64,000 nucleotides of DNA from Podarcis filfolensis (taxonomy: Eukaryota). The stretch lies in assembly GCA_964270895.1 (NCBI GenBank), contig OZ185436.1. One strand, 5' to 3'. Shown piece by piece: positions 1 through 11,951 of the stretch; within the stretch, counting starts at the first letter, position 1, and each line of letters starts with the position of its first letter. The notes under the pieces are model-generated. The model was not told the origin of the DNA, searched no databases, and saw nothing but the letters and a program-made list of their open reading frames with translations. The translations under genes and the position numbers were made by a program.

Positions 1-244
1 CACATTTTAGAATCTGAAAATCTGAGCTATCACTAAAAGGGGGGAAATGCCAAGCCTTGTAAAAAATATATTTATTTTTGCTGTTAGAAAAAGTAATGGT
101 CAAGCTAAAAATGGTGGAGCCTATTGTCTGAACATTTTTCTCCACCCATCCCCATTTTTTGGAATTTGTTACAGAAGTATGAAAGGGGGCTTTATATATA
201 TATGCAGGCTGTGCCAGTATCAGGGCACCCAGATGTATATTCAT

Positions 245-320
245 TGAATCATAGAATTGTAGAGTTAGAAGAGACCATAAGGATCATCTAGTCAACCCTC
301 TGCAATTCAGGAATCACAGC
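245..320 (-). mobile_element. CR1 LINE 3'-end fragment
   Basis: Reverse complement of CR1 tail (gactagatgatcc...caactctacaattctatgattc). Confidence 0.7.
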
Positions 321-791
321 CAAATTTCATACAGCAATTAATGTGTGTGGAAGCTCTGACTTCGGAACTCCACCTCTCATATCTGGCATTTATTGGCTCA
401 CCCCTAGAGAAATATCCTATGCACTGGAGCTGGGCAATTGGATCTGGCCAGCAGGCTAGCAGCAGGTCCTGTGATTTGACAAGTGGGTGCCACTCACCTA
501 TCACCTGACATCAGGTGACCCATTTTCTCACACGCTCTTTGAAATTAAACCATACTGTGTGTGGCAACCCCGGATGATCCTTGGGGCTTGCAGAGAACCA
601 TGCATAGTATTTTGCAGCCCTGACAACCAGCTGATCATTGGGGCTTCAAAGGGTCTCTCATGAGTCTTGCAGGCACAGATTATCAGATGGTTATCAGGGC
701 TCTCAGGGCATTGTGCTGTGTACAAGGCTTTGCAGGTGGTCCTTTGCCAAAGCTCCTGGTTCAGCACAGTTGTGTCTTTACATGCCCTATA

Positions 792-1155
792 AAAGGTAAA
801 GGTACCCCTGCCCGTACAGGCCAGTCGTGTCCAACTCTAGGGTTGTGCGCCCATCTCACTTAAGAGGCCGGGAGCCAGCGCTGTCCGCAGACACTTCCGG
901 GTCACGTGGCTAGCGTGATGAAGCTGCTCTGGCGAGCCGGCACCAGTGCAGCACACGGAAACGCCGTTTACCTTCCCGCTAGAAAGCGGTACCTATTTAT
1001 CTACTTGCACTTAGGGGTGCTTTCGAACTGCTAGGTGGGCAGGAGCTGGGACCGAAAGACGGGAGCGCACCCCGCTGCGGGGATTCGAACCGCCGACCAT
1101 GCAATTCGCAAGCCCTAGGCGCTGAGGTTTTACCCACAGCGCCACCCGCGTCCCG
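792..1155 (-). mobile_element. Full-length Sauria SINE (tRNA-derived head, BovB-related (ACCTTT)n tail) with 15-bp TSD
   Basis: Minus strand begins GGGACGCGGGTGGCGCTGTGGG (A box), has GGTTCGAATCC (B box) and ends tacctttacctttt. TSD TTTACATGCCCTATA at 777-791 and 1156-1170. Confidence 0.92.
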
Positions 1156-2031
1156 TTTACATGCCCTATACCTGACATCATATGTGATGCCCAAAGCAGC
1201 TTTGAGAGCCAAATAGAGAAGCTGGGTGGTCTAATTAGACTAGGAGGCCTGAGGTTCCTCACCACAGCTACATACTAATATGAGTGACCAGTGACTTTGC
1301 AGAAGTACAAGAAATATGTGGTATGGGGGGGGTACTCCAGGCACGAACCCCCCCCCCCCAAAGTAGCCAAAGGTGGACAGAACCAGCTCAGTGGGCACAG
1401 AATGTTGACAAACTGTTCGAAGAAATGGAAAACCAAGAGCAAAAGAACACAGTATTATGGAATATGGCAGTGACAGAGCAGAAGCCCTCCACACTGCAAC
1501 GTTTTGTTGTAGGCCCCACTGATAGCTCATATAGCACAATTCTGTGCATATTTACTCAGAAGAAAGCCCCACAAAGTTCAAGCTGAGCCTATTCCTAGAT
1601 AAGTGTGCATAAGACTGTAGGCTTCGGAGCACAAGACACAGATGGAGGCTTGGTTTGAATATGATAACATCTAAATATCACAAACAGCTTGCCTGTAGGA
1701 GGGATTTGATGGGACCTAAAAGTAGGTGGCTTTTGAGTAACCCAGAACCATCATTTTAAACTCAGATCAGTGTCAAAGAGCCAAGTCAGAGAAGTGCCTT
1801 CCTCCCCAGTTGCAAATGAGGAGTTGAGGAAGATCTTACCAGGGCATTTTAAAGGAGTAGTGTGTGAAACTCTAGTTCATTAACTCTCACTCTCTTCTCT
1901 AAGTGGCCCACCAAGAGAGTTAGTTAGCTGGCCATCCTTTTAAACTCATCATGCATGCTGGCACAACTTCAAAATATATGATGCTGAGCACAACAATTAA
2001 CACAACCCTGTCACCTTCCTGCATTTCCCAG

Positions 2032-2147
2032 TTCCAGAAGCGGCGCCTTCCAATGTGATTGTACACGCTATCAACAGTACTCTCGCCAAAGCCATCTGGT
2101 CTACCATTCCCAAGGACAGAGTTCGTGGCCACCTCCGGGGCTACAAG
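2032..2147 (+). CDS. CHL1: CHL1 coding exon (116 nt), start of FN3 repeat 3: xPEAAPSNVIVHAINSTLAKAIWSTIPKDRVRGHLRGYK
   Basis: ttcccag acceptor at 2030-31, AAG|gtgatt donor. Translation aligns by eye to mammalian CHL1 YPDTAPVIHGVDVINSTLVKVTWSTVPKDRVHGRLKGYQ. Phase 1 to 0. Confidence 0.93.
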
Positions 2148-2292
2148 GTGATTATGGTTCTCCACACTACCCTCTCCCTCCCTTACTCTACGTTTCAGAG
2201 TCTCTTCTAAGGGTTTTATTTTTGGTATGCTATGTAAGGGTCCTGGTTGTTGTCCCCTGCCTCAAATGTTCAGTTGGATCTTCCCACTACAG

Positions 2293-2497
2293 GTCAGCTG
2301 GTGGAAAATACGAAGCCGTTTAGATGGAAAAAGCCATCGCCAGGAGAAACGTTTCTTGACATTTAATGCAGACCGAAACGATGGAATGATTCCCGGCCTG
2401 GAGCCATTCAGTGAATACCTCTTAACTGTTTTGGCTTTTAATTCCAAAGGAGCTGGACCAGAAAGCAACACGTACAAATTCCAGACCCCCGAGGGAG
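2293..2497 (+). CDS. CHL1: CHL1 coding exon (205 nt), FN3 repeat 3: VSWWKIRSRLDGK...AFNSKGAGPESNTYKFQTPEG
   Basis: ctacag acceptor, G|gtaaat donor, within ORF 2227-2505. L1-family motif LTVLAFNSKGAGP. Phase 0 to 1. Confidence 0.96.
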
Positions 2498-3308
2498 GTA
2501 AATGAGGGAGGGGAAGGGAAGCAGTAGTCAATGTTCCTAACTCTATTTTCTCTTGCTTCAGCTGTGTGTGGTGTGCTAGCTGTTTTCCCCATGTCTGAGT
2601 ATTCTCGCAGCCAGAACTATGGCATTAGCATCTTTCAATTGCTACTTATGTGTTTCTACGACCAGATTTTGTTTATAGTCTGCTTCCTGCACCCAGCTGG
2701 ACGTGAATGAATGTGGATGAATGATTACCAGCTTTACATAAATAATCACTGCAATTGTGCATTCATTGGGCCTCACACAATTATTACCATTGTCTTTCAT
2801 GGGAATATGTTTGGTGTCATTCTCCTGCCTCGGAAATCTCTTAAGAGCATAATGGGCATGCATCTGTCTAGATGGCCCACGTGAGTAGCTTCAGAGAATC
2901 AAAATTGCTGGTGGAATGAGTCACACTCTCTTTTGTCACATTTCCTGGCTTTTGCATCTCCATCCGGGGGAAGTTGCACAAACACACTTCCCTGCACTGT
3001 GGGTATGGTTCTGTAGTCCTTGGGAGTTCATTGTCAATATCTGGGGTCCCCTCTGAGTTCAAGCTCTTGGGTCAAATATGGTAAATTAGCTTTTAAAGGA
3101 TCTATTCGGCTGTGTAAGGGAGGATGGCATGCCTAAGGAAAACAAGTCGGCTCTGAAACTTTACTTAAGGTGTTTCAAGTGGTGCAGTGTGTTTAATAAA
3201 GGAGGGGGAAGAACCAAATGGAAAGATGCTGTAAGCTTATCCGAGATCAAATGGAATGATCTAGTACGAAGAAAGTGCATAATGTGTTTTTTTGGTTGTG
3301 TTTTCCAG

Positions 3309-3431
3309 TACCAGAAAAGCCACACTTTCTAAAGATACTAAACTTAGATAAAGACTCTGTAACACTATCATGGGGACCACCGAAGAAACCAAATGGCATT
3401 GTCACTGGATATATTTTGCAGTACCAGATAA
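3309..3431 (+). CDS. CHL1: CHL1 coding exon (123 nt), FN3 repeat 4 N-half: VPEKPHFLKILNLDKDSVTLSWGPPKKPNGIVTGYILQYQI
   Basis: ttttccag acceptor, A|gtaagt donor, FN3 W-x-P-P-x-x-P-N-G motif. Phase 1 to 1. Confidence 0.96.
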
Positions 3432-4605
3432 GTAAGTACGTGAATGGTGCGGTTGGATATAGAGCTTAATAACAAGCAAATTTTGGAGGCACACTGTTGT
3501 TATCCAGTGCTCAAAAAACAGAGGGGGACCCAAGCTCCTTTCTTTTGCATCATTCTCATTAATCCTGGATTTTTTTAAAGCTACAGAGGGAACAGAGCAT
3601 GATTTGGCTACAAGTGGGAGGAATCACAAACTAAACAACTCTGTATGTAGTTTTAAAAAACCCATTAACAATAATTTACAGCATTTCAGCACCTTCTATT
3701 ACATGAAATCTTATATAATATATACAATACCAAAATAATAATGACTCACACAATTCAGTATCTCAAAGCCAATCAGTCTAAATATTCCTGAAATAAGTCC
3801 ATGAGAGAAACCTTCTATGTGTATACTTGTGCTGGTTGTGGTCCCAACGCAACTCCGACAACGAGATACCCAGATTTCAATCTCTGTTTCATGAATCTGG
3901 TCAGCCCAAAAAGGAACTACACAATGGCAATTCAATGCTCCACCAAATAGGTCAGCTTCAACCTTAGAATGGCACTTTGCCCCTTTTTGGAAACTACATA
4001 CAGAGTTGTTTAGTTTGAGATTTATCTCTCTGTATTTATTGGGCATACAATTGGGAGGACTCAAGGAATGGAGCTTCTGAGTTTCATTAAGGACCTTCTG
4101 GCTTTTCTCCCACAACTCAAGCACCACCGTTATTTTCTGGAATAGCTAGGAGGCTGAGGCTATGAAGGAGGGCTTGTGCAAAAATCATATCTGGAACTAT
4201 TGCATTTTGAACTGAGCAGAGCTGGCCCTACCACTAGGCAGAGTGAGGCAAGTGAATCAGATGGAAGGTGGCGGCAGCAGCCCCAGCAATTCCTTCTGAG
4301 CCCCATAGTCATTCTTCATTGCCACATAGCTTCTAAGGCAGTGCTATTTTTCCACAGTTTTTTTTTTGGGTGATACTCAGAATGAAAACTGCACTAGATA
4401 TTCCCCCCTCCCCCCATTTATGGAAATCGATCAACATGTCATGAAAGCTATGTATTTCATAATGTGTGCATAGAGATTTAAGTGCCTGTTTAGCTCAGTG
4501 TTCATGGATCAGGGACCTGGTCCATGAGGCATGCTTTTAACAAGTCAGTCTCCTTCCAGATGATGGTCTCTGACTGACTACTATTCTTTGCTCTTCTTTT
4601 TCCAG

Positions 4606-4785
4606 TTAATGAAACTGATGACATTGGGCCCTTGCATGAAATCAATATTACTAACCCATCATCATTCAACTTCAGGCTCTCCAATCTGAGCATCAGTACA
4701 AAGTACAAGTTCTATGCAAGAGCCTGTACTGTACAAGGCTGTGGGAAACCAATCACAGAGGAAGCAGTAACAGTAAGCGAAGGCA
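4606..4785 (+). CDS. CHL1: CHL1 coding exon (180 nt), FN3 repeat 4 C-half: INETDDIGPLHEINITNPSS...KYKFYARACTVQGCGKPITEEAVTVSEG
   Basis: Polypyrimidine+ccag acceptor, A|gtaagt donor. Matches CHL1 KYKFYLRACTSQGCGKPITEE. Phase 1 to 1. Confidence 0.96.
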
Positions 4786-5394
4786 GTAAGTTACAAATAG
4801 AGTGGTGCTGAATTTCCATTTGATGTTTTTGCATTAAAATTCTGTAGGTTTAATGCCAATGACTTTTTCCCTGCTTTTCACCCAATTCTCGGATAAAGCT
4901 AACGTTTAAGGCTTCAAAGAGCAACAGAGCTCTGATTTAAGGATATGACAACATTACCATTTTGTTACTGTTTCACCATTACCATTCTGAAGTATTTACA
5001 AAATTGCTTCCTGTGATAATTCTCTGAAGAAATGAATTTGCATTTTATTCAATTTGTGAGCCTCCACATTTAGAAAGACCTGGGCTTTAAGGGATTGAAT
5101 ATCTGAATTTTGCATTCCACTTTCTCCTGGAATGAGAGAGAATGGTATCTCAAACATTTAGAGGTGAGGAGACATTCAGTTCACCTTAAAGGTGAACCTG
5201 TCTAATGCACACTTTATGAAACAACATGTGAACTAAAACACGACCATCCTTTGAAATTCATACTTCTCTGAATTTTGCAGTGCAGTTTTTCAGTCAAGAA
5301 ATGCATACAAAAATGCAAATACTGGGTGGGAGGAGTGTGCATCAAATTGTATTATATTGGTGAAATTAAGAGACAGCCATGCATTATATTAGGG

Positions 5395-5533
5395 CAGTGA
5401 TGGCCACATTCAGCCCTCATTCAGCTGTTTTGGGACTACAATTCCCATCATCCCTGGCCACTGGTACTATTAGCTAGGGATGATGGGAGTTGTAACCCAA
5501 AAACAGCTGGAGGGCCAAGTTTGGCCATCACTA
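5395..5533. mobile_element. hAT-type palindromic MITE (139 bp) with perfect 8-bp TSD, nested in an older AT-rich repeat
   Basis: Inverted arms cagtgatggcc...ggccatcacta. TSD TATTAGGG at 5387-5394 and 5534-5541. Host repeat (~5240-5745) recurs at ~53150-53410 and inverted at ~54860-55130. Confidence 0.85.
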
Positions 5534-8131
5534 TATTAGGGGAAATTGGTTTCCAGAAATGTGACTATTAAGGGAAAAGGTACACAGGAAAATGTGTGTA
5601 TTAGAAGGAATTCACATTAAAATAATGATAAATTTTCATGAAGTACATTTAAAAAAAATCTCAAAGTGATGTTGAAATGTGGAGAACTGAAGACTTAAAA
5701 AAATGGGATACTGTGAAAAACCACAGTTGTCGGTTTTGCCCATCCGTATGCATTATGAAGCAATTCCAGGCTGAACAATTGGAGTGCAGTCTAAACATTC
5801 AGTTAATCAAAGGACATTAGCAAACTTCATAAATTTGTTCCAAGTTAGCTCAATGCTGAATTCACCTAACTTTGGGTCAGACTGCAGCCATCAGGTATAA
5901 ACTTGTGTATTGTATAATACAATGCTTGCTGCAGGCAGACCACTACTTTTACCATAGATGTGGCCCAGAGTAAAAAATAAATAAATCAGTTTTGAATTCT
6001 TCAATCACTCCTTCATTGGTTATATTCAGTGGTTCACTTGCTGATCTGATAACCAAACCCCTGCTAATACAATTACCCATCTCACTCATCTAAAAAACAA
6101 TCAGAAGAATGGCTTGACCAGTCCACAAATCCAGTCCTGTTACTGAAAACCAACTTGATATTAATTGGTACAATTAAGTGAGATTGGCACACCAATTTGC
6201 CAAAGGGAATGAGATAAGAAGAAGATGCCCTCGCTTATCAGTGTGGATAATACGCAATAGCAGTGTTGACAGGGAAAAGTCAAATATTTTCTTGCACTTT
6301 CTTGCATTTAATAGACTCTGACTTGCGAGTGGCACAACCCATTTAGACTACAAATCAAGTCTATGGGACTCTTACCAAGGTTCCTCATGTTAAGATAAAT
6401 TAAACACACAGCATGAATGGTTTCTTTGAATGTCTGGTCAAATATACTCCACCCCGTTTTACAAATGATATTGTCTGCGTCTGCCAGCCAGACCTGGCAT
6501 GTTATGATCCCTACTCTACAATATTAAGTCCCACTGAAGTCAGAGGGTCTTATTGCTGAGTAGACCTGCATAGGAGTGCACAGTTAACTGTTTTCCACTT
6601 CGCATGCTTGAGACATCTGAGCTATTTGCTCTGCAGGTCAGTTCTGCAACCTCATCAATAGTTTGCCAACTTTCCAGACTAGGGAACCACCTGCTCACAG
6701 CTACTCAGTCTTATCAGAATTCACCTTCAGCTTGTTGGCCCTCACCCAGCCCTCCACTGTGTCCAGGCACAGATTCAAGGCTGGTTCCTATGTAAGAAGA
6801 AATACAGAACAGAAGATCAGAGGGAAAGAATAGCATAATGATGACGCATTCACATATAGCGTGCAATTAGCCTATCACATACACTCCTTGTGTCCACAAC
6901 TACCATCCTCAGTCAGTCAATCAATCAGTCACCCAATGACTATGTGCAACCCCACCCCCACCCCCTAACATCAGCGTCACACCCCAGAGTGGAGAATATT
7001 CACAATTTTCTACCAATCACCTCACCCAACAAGGTACAACAGACAATGTACAAATCCAACTGTTAGCCAGGTTCTCCTGTTCGTTGAATACCAACCAGAT
7101 ACCCCCCAATCTCACCTAGGAATATTAATTTGCACCCAGTTCACTGATTAGTGTATCTAAGGCTAGGGCCACCCATTATGTCAAGCAAGCGAGGAGGTTG
7201 GCACTCTCAGCCTAGTAGGGCTGCACCTCTCTATGTCACAGTGTACTCCTTTAAAGCTTGCTGTGCTTGAACTTGCTCAGTGTCCCGGTACTCCATCTCT
7301 CCTCTTCCTCCCATGTAATGCAGATTAACCTAGCCTGCGAGGCACTTGGGAGCTAGGAGTGGGGAGGAATTCAATACCCATCTCTCTTCCCCCTCAATGA
7401 CAGCTTAATTGTTTCCTTCCAGGGGATCTGCAGCAGGTCTCCTCAAATCCCATGGTCCCTTGAGTTCTTAGAGAATGCTAGGAGTGTAAGAAATACGACT
7501 TAACAGTTTTTTGTCACGTAGGCAGATTCAGGTAGTCAGAGCTTCCTCTCCGTGATGTACACAGTCTGTCCCTCGAGATGCATTTGCGTGGAGGTCTTAA
7601 ATTGTTATTTGGGACAAACACAGTGGCAATTTTCATGATCATGGCAACACCTATTTCTAATGCTGCAATCACAGCAATTGTTTCTGGCTGGATGCAGCTG
7701 TATCTGTGAATGGCTCAGATCATACACTATATTCATAGCAATGATGTATCTGCTAAGATAGCTTGTATGGAGAAAGTTCTGAATGCCTGAAGCAACTATC
7801 AAAAGCTATCTTTTGTTCAGAATGAGATATCCCAGAGTTAGCCAGGAGGTAGTTCTACTTGCACAGCAGATCACTACGGTTTTAATAGTCATTCTTTAGA
7901 GACAAATTTCACCAAGACTGTCTTAACTTTCCATTTGTCATGCGAAGTTGTTGATCAGAGACCAGCTGTCCAACATTTTGTGATAAGTGTGTTGAATAGC
8001 AGACACATATACTATGGGGAAAATTGTATAATAGCTCATCTTTGGGGAAGGTTTAGCTCATTTTCCCTACAGTATCATAAGTTCTCATAAATCTCCAAAC
8101 CCGAGAGAAATCTTCTGAAATTGCAGTCAGG

Positions 8132-8181
8132 TGTTTAAGGTTCATGTGCTTCCCTTTGTTTAAGGTTCATGTGCTTCCCTT
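8132..8181. repeat. Exact 2 x 25-bp tandem duplication (tgtttaaggttcatgtgcttccctt)
   Basis: Direct reading: 8132-8156 equals 8157-8181. Confidence 0.95.
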
Positions 8182-8864
8182 GGTACAGCAGAAAAATGAG
8201 GAATGGTGTTGGTTGGTTTATTTTATTATTGCTTCTATCTTTCTGTATATTAAAAATACATTTAAGCTGGCCGCTTTCGGTTTTCTAAAGCAAATGCCTA
8301 TAGCTCAGTGACCTTTCAATTTATTGACCATAAATATGTCCTTACCAATGTGTTTTTGCTTTTTATTTTTCAGGTTTCTCCATTTCTTTTCCTCTTCTAC
8401 CTACAAATGCCTACCCAATTATCAATAATTTCTCTTGTGTAGTCATTGTGTGCCTATTGTATAATGAACAACTCACTTATTTGGGAGGGTATAGATGCTC
8501 AGCTCCTCCTCAGTGGACTTCTGCATTAAACAAATCTTAAGACCTCCCAGAGAACAAGTGGTTGAATCTCAGTATAGAAGTCTTCTGGAGGGCAATCCTG
8601 AAATCTGGCAAATTACCTGGATGTTTGGTAGATGTCTTTAAGATTCAAGGCTTCCCTGGCATCCAGTCTCATAACATCCACTGCCCTTTTCCTCTTGGAT
8701 GGATAGGGGGAAGATACACTATCCATTTCAGCCCTTTCATGCCTACTTCAGACAGTTGGACTCCAAAATGTCTCTTTAAAAATCCCCTTCCCCAATCAAA
8801 CAGCTGGTGTTTGATTGTAGGCCAGGAAACCAGCAAGGTTTCAGTGGAAATGAAGCCCCGGAAA

Positions 8865-9300
8865 CAATGCCAGATTTACATATAAGCTAAACAAGCTACA
8901 GCTTAGGGCCCCACTCTTTTGGGGGCCCCTAAAAAATTTAAAGGAAAAAACTGGATGTACATTTCCAAAATATAAGATAAAAATAAAATAAAACCTACAT
9001 ACAACAACAATGTTTTGTGTTGTGTAGGCTCCTATGATGTAAGTAATGGGGCCCGCCGGCTAGCCTGCTCCCTAAAATATCACTGATTTGCTCATTTCTA
9101 TATCAATTACTTTGATAAAATACACATTTTGTTATGTGCAAATGGCTTTAGATACCTATTAGGTCCATAAATTACCATATAGTATATATTCAACACAAAA
9201 AAACAGTGACAATTTGTTGTTGACAAAGGACAGCTGGACATATAAAGGGCCCCATTACCTTCAGTACCTTAGGTCCTCATCAAACCTAAATCCGGCCCTG
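8865..9300. mobile_element. Non-autonomous hAT element (436 bp), TIR CAGGGCCGGATTTA type
   Basis: Right end taaatccggccctg. Left end caatgccagattta matches 11/14. Flanks cccggaaa / cccagaag (6/8 TSD). Confidence 0.7.
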
Positions 9301-11196
9301 CCCAGAAGTGTATTAAGGACAGAATTTGCAATGGAGAACTCTCTTCTACAACCATAAGGTTCTTGACTAGTGGCTACCATCCAGAAGATCATAAGCACCA
9401 CATCTAAATAATGGAATGGCAGGTTCTGATCTTAGAAAAGAGACATGTGATCCTTTTGATTTTCCCTTGGTTCCTTTGCATAGTGATGTCCATGCACTGC
9501 TGTCTTTTAAATCACAGCCTTAACCACTGATTTATTATTACCATGATAAAATTTCCAACCTACAACAAATATCTCTGAAAGGTCACATATCCAAATAGAA
9601 TGCGGGTGTAAAATTACTGCCATACTTATTCTACAAATTAGAGTCTCTTGCTACTTTTCCTTTCAGTTTTTAATCTCACGGAGCTGACATTTTCAAGTGT
9701 TTTGCATCATTCATTATGACAGAAATTGACACAACAGAGTTTATTTTTTGCCTTGTTGCCTTTTAGACAGCATTTCTATTAAGTGTACCATTTAGACTTT
9801 GAGTTGGGGGGGGACATAATTAAAATATGACTTGTAATGACCTGCTGCTTAATTTGTGGTTTGATTAGAAAATGTAGTTTCAACTTTACAGAATTCATTT
9901 AGCAAAATCTACTCTGCTAGATAGTTTTAATTATGTTAAAACCCTTCGCATCAAATTTTGGTTAATGTGCCGATCAACATGTTCACTCTCTCTGTGGTGG
10001 TATAATAATTAAAGTAGTGATTGTAATTGATGGATTGTTGTCTTGGAGAAACATATCATATTCTGCTCTCTTTGACTATGCCCACAGTGTTCTTAATCTT
10101 TTCTTTTTTCCTTCAGTTGTCTTCTGAGTGTTAATCTCTCAAAGCTTCTGTTTGCTTGCTTTGTAGTTTCAGAACTAATGATCATAACTTCAGCACCAGA
10201 CGGGTAGATAGTCCAAGAGTTTCCAATCTCCATATTATGTGACTTAATAAACACCAAATATCTTGTTCATAGTGGGATCTAGAATGATAAATTACATCCA
10301 GCAAATTAAGCCACTGAAGTCCTTGTTTAGAAAAAGTGCAAAAGAATCAGCGCTATCTAATTTATTTTATATACTGCTACATATTCATAAAATATGTAAG
10401 AGCAATTTACAACAGAGCTTATAAGACCATGCAGTGAAAACCACATTAAAAAATAAGACGTTTAAGAAGTTAGTTGGGTTTAGATTGCTGAGAATGTATT
10501 GAGGTTGCCTTGGGCAAGTCAACACTTCTTGGCTCATTTTAAATAGGATTACATCTCTGTTTGGGACCAACTTCTCACATCTAATCCTTGATTGATAAAT
10601 AAAATAATCTAAGTCATTATGCCACTACCTAATTAAAGTACATCTCAAGGTTGCTGTTGGGAGTTGAAGGAACCACATAGAAACATTTGCAACTTTCTGA
10701 CAGTTCATATTCTGTCATTTTGAAAGTAGAGATAGGTCAACACATTAAAAAAAAAGTCTTATGGATCAATTATTTTAGTTATCCTATTTCACAGTGAAAG
10801 TATTCTGTATTTTAACAGATTTTTATTAATGAGCGTATGGCCATGTTCAGCTTTAGGCTAGTAGTGATTGTGGGTTTTTAAAGAGCAACAAACCATGATC
10901 TCTGGTTTGCACATAGTGGGAACCCAAGTCTTCTTGGTTTGTGTATCCGACTCACACAAGTGGAAGAGTGAGAATAGAATGATCAAAGAGTCTGCACTTA
11001 TACACCACTTGTTCACAGTAAACTAGGAAGTCTCATTACATGCCAATCATAAGATAATTGAATCTGACCAAATAGCCCTATTCCACTGACATTTAAACCT
11101 GAAACTCAATGGAATTTAAGTTAAATCAATAAGACAAAACTCACTTTTCATGCAAGGAATCCATACTGAGGTGTGACTTTAGGCTTCATATTAGGT

Positions 11197-11332
11197 CAGG
11201 CATAGGCAAACTCGGCCCTCCAGATGTTTTGGGACTACAACTCCCATCATCCCTAGCTCACAGGACCAGTGGTCAGGGATGATGGGAGTTGTAGTCCCAA
11301 AACATCTGGAGGGCCGAGTTTGCCTATGCCTG
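11197..11332. mobile_element. hAT-type MITE, 136 bp, perfect 58-bp inverted arms around a 20-nt loop
   Basis: Arms are exact reverse complements. Flanks tattaggt / agttaggt. Same family as the 5395 and 16487 copies. Confidence 0.9.
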
Positions 11333-11951
11333 AGTTAGGTAGGTTCTGTTTATACTGTTTTGTGATGCTCAGAAACAAAGCTCAACGAGAACAGAGCAGT
11401 TAGCAGCAGATGTTAGGGGGGAAGTTTTCCAGCCTTTCTTAACAGATATAGATTTAAATATAAATGTTATCATATAAAAATGATTTATGTGATATTAACA
11501 TTATTTATGTGAATATAAAGATTACCTAGAAATAGAAAAGTATTACTATATTTCAAATACTGACATTTATATTCAGTGTTCTCCAGAATACTTATAATTA
11601 AGGCAGAACACCTAATAACCTAAACGAGCAGGTCTTGTTCAAAATTTTAATTAATATGTTATCTAAGGTAGATGTAAACCTCATCAGGTTATACTGTCAG
11701 TGTTAACTTCTTCTCCATACGTTTTGTGTTACATTATACATTGCAATATATACAACATACCAGTAGTTCTTTTAATTTGAATCCTAAACGATCCCCAAGG
11801 GAAACGCTGATGATGTTCACATAATCACTTACCTAATCCTTGGAAAGGAATAGCTAAACATGTTCATATTTACCTGTATTGATTTTGTAACTGTGCCTTC
11901 GAAGGCCCTAACCCAATTCACATATTTTACTTAACTCTGTACATTTCGTAG

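Noticed and set aside
1060-1154. tRNA-like sequence with A/B boxes (also at 14530-14612, 34560-34617, 57433-57500)
   Set aside because: These are SINE heads attached to SINE bodies and tails, not tRNA genes.
3711-4127. 138-aa antisense ORF in a CHL1 intron
   Set aside because: No motif similarity. Length is within chance expectation for a 64-kb six-frame scan.
11806-11900. TGATGA box C-like motif in a CHL1 intron (snoRNA?)
   Set aside because: No CTGA box D or terminal stem at a suitable distance.
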